Assembly (NCBI GenBank): GCA_012295275.1
Contig: CM022671.1
Span: 16,058,001 to 16,122,000 of the forward strand
Reading direction: 5' to 3'
Source of the DNA: Chrysomallon squamiferum
Taxonomy: Eukaryota > Animalia > Mollusca
DNA length: 64,000 nucleotides
Positions 27,178-38,321 of the stretch are shown piece by piece (position 1 is the first letter of the stretch; every line of letters starts with the position of its first letter). A model generated the notes under the pieces. It was not told where the DNA came from. It saw only the letters and a program-made list of their open reading frames with translations, and did not search any database. Both the position numbers and the translations under genes were made by a program.

Positions 27178-29429
27178 TTAGAAATGTTTTTCCCAATCTT
27201 GCTCTTTGGCCCAGGCTATTGTGCAACATGCGAGTCTGCTGCCTGCGTTGCCGGATAGTTTACTGGCGGGAGTTCCTCCTTTACCTAAATCATCTCTGTT
27301 ATGATGAAGCTGAAACGCATATTAAAGCATTTTTAGTAATATATATAAATACATATACATATATATATATACAATCACACACATACACAGAGAGAGACTC
27401 ACACATATAGACACATACACACGTACATACACATATATCTATATATGTATATACACACACACTCACAAATACATATACATTTTTCATGATTTTTGTAATA
27501 AAATGAAAAAAGAAAAAAAGAAAAAACCCAATAATTTTAAAGATTTTTGTACGCTTATAATAAGCAGGCTTGCGAGTTATTTTCATAGCCTTTTCACAGA
27601 TATTACCATACGTTTAATATCACCGTTTTCAAGTTCCTAAAGGTTAATAATTATCTTTATAAAGCAGATAACTATCTGAGGAAAAAGGGTTTGCTAAACC
27701 GTTAATTAAATGGTCCAAGGGAAATAACTCCTACATGTCTATTTTTGGTGCGCGACTATTCACGAAAAAGCTATGTAAACAAGTAAAATATTTATTAAGC
27801 GAATCTATTCACTGATTTGTTCCTACAGTGCTTGCAAAGACGAAAACCAATGTAAAAAATATGTTTTACACAATTAAGAAACATTTATCGATATTCTTTG
27901 TTATAGAGATCGGCATTTATTATTCTTAAGATTTTTTAATGTAAAAACTACATTTTTTCTTCATTATTAGTTATTTAAATTGTAATGAATATATAAAATC
28001 ATTTTTTTTTTTTTTTTAATTTTTTTTTTTAGCGCTTGGGTAATAACATATTTTTTATAATAATTATTACGTACCACAATGCCACGCCCCAAAACAGAAT
28101 GATGTCCAATGAGCTGTGCTTGAGTGTCAGTGAAGTTTGAATGTACTTCACCGTTTTCATCACACATGACGTTGCCCCAGTCGCCAACGTGTCTGAAAAA
28201 ACAATTTAATTTATTTTTAAAATAATCGTAAAGTTTTACTAAGAAATTCATTCAGATCTTATCCTTCCAGTAAAAGAACAAAACAGAAAACAAAACAATT
28301 TTTTTTTTTTTTTTTTTTTTTTTTATATTTGTTTTGTTGTTAAAGAAGAAGCTGAAGAAGAAGAAGAAGAAAAAGAAGATAGTAATTCTGGTTTTGATTA
28401 ACAAAGAAACGGTATTATAAACAAGAACAATATATGCCTGCTTTACGTTGTTCTGAATGTTAGATTCGTGATATGATTTCGCGTTCCACAGTCTTTCCTT
28501 ACAAATAAATGCTGACATCGAATTTTCAAAACAAAACATCGTCTCATACCAGTTCTGTAAAGCTTTCCATCTTTCGAATCTGGCTGATAAAATTACTTTC
28601 AAATACATTCCTAACTGTTATCAGTACAATAATATGTTCTCTAATATATACCTAGTTCTGAATCTTATCAACAAAGCTTTTCATCTTAGAGTTACCGTCT
28701 CATACCCAGATCTCTAATACGCAAACAAACGGTTTAAATTTCCGATTTTTATCTTGTCGTCTCACTCTTACTCTGTCTCGGTTCTGTAACTCACAAATAT
28801 CACAGATACCTGATTTTATCGTGGGGTCCTCCGTGCATGGTGTCGTCGGGGTTGTAATGTCCCCAAACGACGCACACCCAGCTGAAATGTCGCCAAACTG
28901 GTGAACGTGGAAACCATGGTGATGACTCATGCCTTCCGTCATGTTGAACCCTCTCAAGTGTACCCGAACCTCCATCAGCTCGAACAACTGGTAACGTAAT
29001 AACAGGATTCTGCGTTAATATTTACTTTCTCTGTTCAGTTCAGTTTAATAATATAACAAAACTTACGCGCAAAGCTCTGTCAGTATACAAAATAATAATA
29101 TACGAAAACTTAAATATAGAGAAGACGCTTATCAGTATATTTCACGTGATGTGTGTGTGTGTGTGTTTGCAGTATAATTTCTGCATGTGTACGTGTTTAT
29201 CTTTTGAAGTTTGTTTTAGTTTGTGTGTGTGTATGTTTATTTATATATGTATGTGTATATATTTGTGTGTGTGTATATATGTATGTGTGTATGATGTATA
29301 TGAATGTGTGTATGTGTGTTTATTGGTACGTGTGCGTGTATGTACGTATTTATGTGTCTGTGTATGTGAATGTCTTTACGTATTTTTATGTTTGTATGTT
29401 TGTGTACGTGTACCTGTGTATCTGTGTGT

Positions 29430-29469
<40 letters not shown>

Positions 29470-30751
29470 CTGTAATGACGGTACAACAGTGTTTTACCTT
29501 CTGTCTCATCTGAATGACTCCTGTAATTCTGCTGCGCTCTGTCTCGTCCAGGGTCGGGTTTGGTTTCATGTTGCACACAGCGTACACGTACTCTAGAGTG
29601 TGAAAGTATCAATAAGCTTTGCATATTTTATATATACACATAAACATTGTGTACACATACACACATACACACGTATCTAGAGTGTGAAAGTATCAATAAG
29701 CTTTGCATAGTTTATATATATATACAAAGACACACACACACACACATGTACATACATGTATAAATTTTCAAAGCCTCTAAACAAAATTATTATAAATAAA
29801 TAAATAAAAAATAAAAACATCTTATGCTAGAATACTCTAGAACGTTCATAGACTTGATTTTTTTTTTTAAATTTTAATGTTTATTTTGTATGTAAACGTT
29901 GCATAAAACCTAATAAACACAATTAAACAAACAAATAAATGAATAAATAGAAAATCTATGAAGAAATACTACTCGTGAACCCCGTATGTTGACATTAAAC
30001 TGTAAGAAATAAAATATTTATTTAGATTTACCGTCAGGCTCAGGAAGATGTATGTGATGTTTCATTTTGTACTCCTTGCTGTACACTGAGACAAAAATTA
30101 AAAAAATAAAAGAGAAAAGAATTAATTTAATAAGAATTTAACCAATAATTTGTTAATAACTGTTTTTCACTCATATATGGAATGATCTCTAATATATATA
30201 TATATATATATTAGAGACAAACAGTTATTATTTATTTAAGATTGGATTGTTTGTTGTTGTTTTATTGTACAAGTTGTTAGAATATAGAAAATTTTTTTAA
30301 TTCTTATAGACATCTTATTTGAATTTATTATTCAAAATTTTATACAGTTTTATTCATTATTTTATTAGATTTATTCATATTTTAAAATTATATAAATATA
30401 TTTTAGTTTATCTTCAAGAATAGTATTTGAATTTGTTCATAACGAATTGTTAATTTATTCACAGAGTATTTTAATCTGTTCATAGCTATATTATAATTTA
30501 TTCATAATTAACTTTATTTCAGTTAACTTTATTATCCACTGAACTAAGGTAAATTAATAAAAAAAAAAAATATTTTTTTGGCATGGTTTTATTTAAGCAT
30601 GCATCTAAGCAATCAAAACTAAAAGAGAGGGAGAGGAAACAAATAAAAATAATTAAGAAAGAAAAAATTCATAAACAAAATGCAATTCCGCAGACAGTTT
30701 CATACAGAAAAGGGATAACAAAAAAAAAAAAAGAAAAAATAATAATAATAA

Positions 30752-30782
<31 letters not shown>

Positions 30783-31052
30783 AAGAACAAGAAGAAGAAG
30801 AAGAAAAATCTTTAATCTGTCGAGTTCCGTACTAGGAATTTAAAAATCTTTTTCATTTCGAAATAATGTCACAAGAAAGGAAAAAGCAGGTAAGACTTCA
30901 TGCATCGTCAGTTATTTGTTATTTTATTGTTATGAAATAAAATAGATATTGATGTCAAGAAACAAAAAATTAAATGTATATAAAAAGCATACATCAAACG
31001 TACGTTGTAAAACTATCCCAGTTTATCTTCAAAACAAAAACACGAAAATGAC

Positions 31053-31100
<48 letters not shown>

Positions 31101-31229
31101 TATAATAATAATGATAACGATTATGAGGATTAAGGTGATAATGATGACGATGATAATAATAATGATCATTATCAAGCAAAAGAATAAAACTGAATCAGAA
31201 TAACAACAACAACAACAAAAACAAATAAC

Positions 31230-31282
<53 letters not shown>

Positions 31283-31986
31283 CATAATAAATAAGATAAA
31301 AATAAAAATAAAAATAAATAAATAAATAAATAAAAAATATATATATACATACATGTATTCTAGAAATAATATCTAAAAAATAAATAATTTAATCAATCTG
31401 AGGATATACACACAGACAAACACATATATGTAAAATAATACTGACTGTTAGCATATCCATGTCCATGCATATGCATTCTGTGCATCTCATGCATCGCATG
31501 CATTCTGTACATTCCATGCTTGCCACGCATACCTTGTCCCTTCTCTGCATTCACCTGTCCAGGGAACATCGTGTCCATGTGGAGGTGGACGTGCACGTGG
31601 GTGCCGCTGGCGTCCTGCGTCGACGTCATCTCCTCCCCCTCGACGCCGGAGATACTGACCGACACGTTGGCCTTCTTGTACGTCATGTGGTCGTGTTTGA
31701 TGTGCTCCATCTCATCCCACAGCTTCGTGATGTTTGCCTGCATCCTGCTCATGTCTGAAACAGCAACAGGTAATTACTACTACTACTACTGCTACTACTA
31801 CTACTGCTGCTGCTACTACTACTACTACTGCTACTACTAGTACTGCTACTACTACAACTACTACTACTACTACTAGTACTACTACTACTACAACTACTAC
31901 TACTAGTACTACTACTGCTACTACTAGTACTACTACTACTACTAGTACTACTACAACTACTACTACTATTACAAGTACTACTACTG

Positions 31987-32017
<31 letters not shown>

Positions 32018-33409
32018 AACTAGTACAACAACTGCTACTACTACTACAACAACTACTGCTACTACTACTACTACAACTACTACTGCTAGTACTACTACTA
32101 CTACTGTTAGTACTGGTACTACTACTATTACTACTACTATTACTACTACTACAAGTACTACCACTACTAGTACTACTACTGCTTTTACTACTACTACTAT
32201 TTCTATTATTATTGTTATTATTATTACTATTATAATTTCTAGTATTATTATTATTATTATTACTACTACTGCTATTATTATTTCTAGTATTATTGTTATT
32301 ATTATTATTACTATTATTATTTCTATTATTATTATTATTACTATTACTTTTTCTATTATTATTATTATTATTATTGCTATTGTTATTATTATTATTGCTA
32401 TTATTATTATTGTTGTTATTATTTCTATTGTTCTTCTTCTTATTATTATTGTTATTATTTCTATTGTTATTATTATTATTTTTGTTATTATTTCTATTAC
32501 TATTATTATTTCTATTATTATTATTATTGTTGTTATTATTTCTATTGTTATTATTATTATTATTGTTATTATTTCTATTTCTATTATTATTTCTAGTTTT
32601 GTTGTTATTGTTGTTGTTGTTGTTACTATTATTTTGATGGGCATACACCTGATTTTGAGAGGGGGTCGGGACAATACCTTCTCAAATTTTGTCAAAGCAA
32701 TCCCACGTTGTTTTTATCAGTGGAAAATTTCGGGATGATTTCAGTTCCTCTACCCCTTTAAAACAGAATATTCCCCATTTGCTTATGTTCATTACTGTTA
32801 TTATTAATAGTAATAGCAGCAGTAGAATTAGTATTAGTATTAGTATTCAAACAATAGTAGTAATAATTATAATAGTAGTAGCAGATTAGTGATATTAATA
32901 TTATTACTAGTGGTTATACTAGGACAGTACTGAAACTAGTATTAGTTTTATATAAATTATTATAAAGTGAATGATAACACTAACAACAATAAAAAAACAA
33001 TCACACCCCGAAAACTAAATAAAGTTACAAATAACAAAAGATAAACAATAGTAATTCAACACAACAGGAACAATTAAAAAATCAATAAAAATCAATCACG
33101 CCCACACAAACACACTAAAAAAAAAAAAAAAAAAAATCCAACGACAACAAAAACGTCAAAAAAGCGATTAAAAAAAACCTTCTCACCGTGCATTTTCATC
33201 ATTCTTTTCTTCATCATAGCCATCATCATGTCTTTTCCATCCTTACCCATTTTTTTCATCAGATCTTTGCAGAAACACTTCTGTCCTCCCTTCCCATCGT
33301 CATTACCAAGCTCTGCCATCTTTTTCTTCATTTTTTTGCATTTCCCCAAGTACACAGAACACGCGAGCAGTACCAGCAGTAACAACGCTAAACTTTGTGT
33401 CTTTGCCAT
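27178..33409 (-). CDS. SOD3: Extracellular Cu/Zn superoxide dismutase (SOD3-like) with Met/His/Lys-rich N-terminal extension, ~369 aa
   Basis: Exons 33409-33187 (signal peptide, G|gtgaga), 31754-31446 (or -31533), 30085-30032, 29592-29498, 28987-28810, 28192-28075 and 27309-27178 (TAA). Motifs HGFHVH, G(G)HYNP..HGGP, RHVGDWGN, SVLGRGIVLH, DDLGKGG, SGNAGSRLACC. The N-terminal YAVC and the CC pair are typical of extracellular SODs. One missing G in the G-run at 28861-28864 must be restored. Confidence 0.9.
31773..32633. repeat. Compound trinucleotide tract (ACT/GCT grading into ATT/GTT) in SOD intron 1
   Basis: About 860 bp of simple repeat directly upstream of the exon 2 acceptor. Confidence 0.95.
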
Positions 33410-33650
33410 CCCGTTGTAACAAGCGCAGTTCTCGAATTAAAATCTTTGTTAACGTTTAAAACTTATTTTTGCTTTAATACATGTATAACTGACGCTTTGC
33501 TTAAGTTAAAAAAAAAAACGCAGTTACAGTTTAACGTATCTGTTTGGCAATACTTTATCAGCGTTTATCTCTACCCGTCTCGTCTTTGGACTTGACATAA
33601 AGACGCAGTATCTGATTAAACTGCAGATATTGTAGGTATTTGTATCCAAC

Positions 33651-33695
<45 letters not shown>

Positions 33696-33856
33696 TGGTG
33701 TTTATTATAATATGCATAAATACAGTTATTTTGTTTGTATCTTGAAAGATTTATTATTTGTTTTATAGGTAATGCCTGTAGGTATATAATACACGAGTTA
33801 ATAGCATTGACAAAACACTATCTGCCAGATAAATCGGTTGTTTTGTTGCTAATACA

Positions 33857-33937
33857 GTACCTGTTTGTGGCTGTAGTACCTGTTTGTGGCTGTAGTACCT
33901 GTTTGTGGCTGTAGTACCTGCTTGTGGCTGTAGTACC
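33857..33937. repeat. 19-bp tandem repeat x4
   Basis: GTACCTGTTTGTGGCTGTA repeated four times, one copy with a T>C change. Confidence 0.9.
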
Positions 33938-34171
33938 TTTCTGTAACTAGCACGATACGTGAACTGTTGTTAAATTGATACTACATTACCTTTCAATAAT
34001 CAGCAGGACACATCAATTGTTGTATTGATACAACATTACCTTTTTTTTGTAACTAGATGGATTCATTCATACTACAGCACCTTTTCGTAAGCGGGTAACA
34101 CATCAACTGTTATTATCTAGAAACTACAGTACCTGCATCTACGTGATCAGTTAATGATACATCAGACTCAC

Positions 34172-34295
34172 CTTGCATCACAGCCGATGCATTCAGTTTC
34201 CTCTTATTCTTCTGTTTTGCATTTCTGTGTTTGTCTCCGCTTGCGTGCAATATGAGACAGACTAACACCATCAGCAACCAAAGACTTCTCTTCAT
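34172..34295 (-). CDS. Candidate alternative first exon (1b) of the extracellular SOD: signal peptide plus polybasic segment
   Basis: MKRSLWLLMVLVCLILHASG-DKHRNAKQKNKRKLNASAVMQ followed by the consensus donor G|GTGAGT. 124 nt, phase 1, compatible with the acceptor at 31754. Confidence 0.65.
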
Positions 34296-35218
34296 CGTGT
34301 GATTGTTTTTCATATATGTATATATATATCTCAAACACGCAAACTATTTTGTTTTGAAGACTGAAGAAATGACCTTCTTGTCGTTAGGAGCGCCGAGCAG
34401 AAGTGAGACAAGGTTTGTAACAATACTGTTGTTGTCGGTGTTGCTGTTGCAGATAAGACTTATTCATGCTACAGATTACGTCAGTCTTATCAGTGTTCAA
34501 GATAACAGCTCATTGTTGTGTAGGTCCCAGATTTCATCAAGTCAACAGATGAAGGCAATTTAATAACGCTTGGAAACAAAGTCTAGAACAAATGTCCATC
34601 TTCCAGATGTTGTATAACAGAAACGTTTTTTTTTTAAAATATATATATATATATATATATATGTTTGTGTGCGTGCGTCTGTATGTAAATGTGTGTATAT
34701 GTAACGGAGGGGGCGGATAATGTAATATAATAATATATACATACGTGACTCGTAAGTTAAACACGATATAAGTTGCTCATAACACCACTGTCCTAGGAAC
34801 AAACAACTAAGACGAGGGGTTACAAATTAAAGGGCTTTTATAACAGGGAATCTCTTACTTCCTTCCGATTATTTATGAACTTATAATTTTAAAAACATTA
34901 AATACTGACCTTTACAGAATAGGAAACAATGGTTATTATTTCTCAGTTCTACACATACTCGCACACATACGCACGCACCCACTCTAAAAACATATATCTG
35001 TATACACATATATACACATACACACACATTACACGCGCATACACGTATACTGCATGCACACATACACTTAATGCATACAAAACACTACGCACATAAATAT
35101 ATATATATATATATACATTTATACAACGACACACCCACGTTTGATAATATCACGGACATAAATTAAATTTAATTCTTTCCGGGGAGCGAAGCATAGAAAA
35201 TCTAGTCTCATAGCTTAC

Positions 35219-35326
35219 CTTCGTCTATCTGTTTTTTGTTAAGGCTTTTTATAAGTTTTTGTTCAGTTTCATCTCGTTAGATAAACTAATAAAAAAAATG
35301 ACTGACAATAAATAAATAAGCGCCAT
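35219..35326 (-). CDS. Candidate alternative first exon (1a) of the extracellular SOD, needs +1 nt correction
   Basis: aaaATGGCG start gives MALIYLLSVIFFISLSN. Adding one base near 35275 continues as (G)DETEQKLIKSLNKKQIDE to the strong donor AG|GTAAGC in phase 1. As written, the frame stops after 25 codons. Confidence 0.4.
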
Positions 35327-36225
35327 TTTCTTCGTTCCCGGCACGTTCTTCAATGACAAAGTTTCCATCTGCGAGCAAGTTCTCACGAAACTCAATCCAC
35401 GGTAATCGGAAACTGAATCGCCATTTTGGAAACTGAGACAACAGACGAGTTTACTATTTTCTACGTTTGCACATGCACGACGTCTTTTAATTCCATGAGG
35501 TCAAAGGGTTAAGAACTTAGTTCTGTCCTGTGATACGTTGTGACATCAACGCATTATTCTGACGTGTTTCAAAAATAATGTATCTTTTATACCCAAATTG
35601 TATTTGGTATGCATCATGTACTTCAAAATGGCCTTTTATTTATTATCATTATTATATATATATATTTAGTCTGATAATAGGAACTATCCTATATATTACA
35701 AAGTTATTACTGTAATAAGCTATAATATTACTTATATTAAACATTCTACATATTAAATAGGCTTTGTTTGTACCATTCATTATGTATATCTAAAGGTGAA
35801 TGTAGAGGTGGGAAGATTTTGGTTTGAATCTAATTCCAGTAATTTATCCGAAAGTATAAAAAATATATAAATATGTTATAATTTTATTTCGTTTTGTGTG
35901 AACATCTATAAATAAAATATAATAAAAACGAATGATGTATGTGTGTGTCTGTGTGTGTGTGAGTTTGTGTGTGTGAACTAATATTAAAAATAACACAAGT
36001 ATGGATATTAGTATTTTATTATTTTATTGAAACTCTAAAAGTCTATTACAACATGTATCATTCGTAAGTGTATGAATTAAGAACAACAATGTGTGAAAAT
36101 GTATTTACATAGAAACATTTTTTTTTTGGAATTCATTTCCTTTGTCGTAGGAGTGATTGTAGTAGTAATGGTAGTAGTAGTAATAGTAGTAGTAATAGTG
36201 ATTCATTTTTTCATCTTCTATTTTT

Positions 36226-36315
<90 letters not shown>

Positions 36316-36937
36316 TCGTGTATATGTTGGTTTGTCAACATTACTTGACAAATGTTTGTAGAAAAAAAAATGAAACATGAACATTCTCACAAAAGAACTA
36401 TAAAAGTACGGAATAACATTTTTGAATTTGAAATAAAAATACATAAATTAAAGTGTTCCTTTCACTGCGTTAGACAGTATTTATAACTTTAGTACACTTC
36501 CAAGATCTTGTTTTTATTGATTATAAACGGTAATCTTTGCCAACAATAACGTTTGACAATAAAATAACAATAAATGAAGTTCCATAAACTGGTATTAAAT
36601 CTACTATTTTATATTATCAGTTTACACACACACACATGTGTATGTGTGTATGTGTATAAATTGGTAATATATATCAGTGTGTGTGTGTGTGTGTGCGTGT
36701 GTCCGAAAGAAGTAAATTAATTTATTCACTCTATATCAGGAACTTATAATTTAAAACAAAAAATGTCACAAGCATATTTGATTATTAGAAAAGATTAGTT
36801 CCTATAGCTGATAAAACAATCACATGGAAGTATACGTAACATATATAGGCTGACTGTTCGCACCATCATAGTACACTTTCATCAGATCTCTTCTTTTTTA
36901 ACTAAATTTCTCAAAGATGATATTTACCTACATCAGA

Positions 36938-37751
36938 TTAATGCATGATACAAATAAAAAAAAAAAACACATTTACGAGCAGTGACACTGACAAAACAAC
37001 GCTATACTGTGTTACGTGAGCACCGGAAGTAGTCTCGTTTTTCAGCGACCTTGAACTCATCTTGTTGCTCTGAACGTCCAGTACGTTAGGCGGTAACGTC
37101 TTCAGCTCGTTTCGCGGTACGTCGCCTGGAGAGGGCGCTGTTTTAGATGGCTGGTTGGGAGGCCCAGTTATACTTGTGCGTTCGTTTGAAATCTGAGTGG
37201 AGCACGTGTCGGGCACAAACGAGAGAAGGAAATCGGCGTGAAGATCGCCGAGTTTGGAACCGCAGATTTCAGCAACGGATTTCCTTTGACATTCTGCTAA
37301 AATGTTGAAAAATCTGGAACAGAAGAATTGTCGTTATTTCCACCAGAAGTAATAGCAATAATAGTAATAGCAGCAGAAATCGCATTTATTAATAGTAGTA
37401 GTAGTATAGTGGTAGAAAGAAGTAGTGTGATTGTTGTAGGAGCTGTAGTAGTGGTAGCAGTAGTAGTTGTCGTTGTTTAAATACTTGTATTATAGTAATA
37501 ATTGTAGTAACTGTACCTGTAGTTGTAGTAATAATAATACTAGAAATAGTAGTAATAATAGTAGTAGTAGTAGTAGCCGTAGAAACAGAATCAGTAGTAG
37601 TATAGTAATAGTAGAAGTAGTAGCAGCTGTTAGGAACACGATGCCACTGTATGTCCAAAATAAAATGTAAAATATATAATGTATTTCACTGCTTTGCATT
37701 TCGAAACTTAATAATTGTGCATGAAAGCTGGTCCACTCACACAGACACACA

Positions 37752-37786
<35 letters not shown>

Positions 37787-37943
37787 GTGTTTGTTACCTG
37801 CACTGAACTATGAACATAGCTGTGGCGTTTCCTGGGGTTTCTATCATTCCTCTGTTCACCATCTCGTGAGCCTTCTCCTTGCACGACGACTGCTGTTTCA
37901 TCTGACGTTTCAAACACGGAGCTGACGACTCCAACACTGCAAA

Positions 37944-37975
<32 letters not shown>

Positions 37976-38033
37976 CATATACATACAAACATTATATACA
38001 TACATACATATATATATACATACATATATACAT

Positions 38034-38064
<31 letters not shown>

Positions 38065-38272
38065 CATACATATACATACATATATACATACATACATACA
38101 TACATACATACATAGATACATACATACATATATTATTTTATATAAATATAACATCTCTGTACCTACATAACTATAACTATATATATATATATATACAAAG
38201 AAAAACAGCAGAAATCATAAACATAAATATACATACATGTCAATTTTAATTTGGCCTAAAAACAATAAATAT

Positions 38273-38321
<49 letters not shown>

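Noticed and set aside
27178-28987. Dominin/cavortin/pernin-type inactive SOD or a true pseudogene
   Set aside because: All metal-ligand positions and the catalytic Arg are present, and the only lesion is a one-base homopolymer shortfall.
31712-32738. Overlapping 299-334 aa ORFs resembling mucin, poly-Thr/Ile or poly-Asn/Ser proteins
   Set aside because: Trinucleotide simple repeat open in several frames on both strands, lying inside SOD intron 1.
33092-33186. Extension of SOD exon 1 to K|gtttt at 33179 or to the ORF stop
   Set aside because: That donor is phase 0 and weak; G|GTGAGA at 33187 is stronger and matches the phase-1 acceptor of exon 2.
35055-35061. Metal-response element TGCACAC near the SOD first exons
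   Set aside because: A single hit inside a CA-rich microsatellite, expected by chance.
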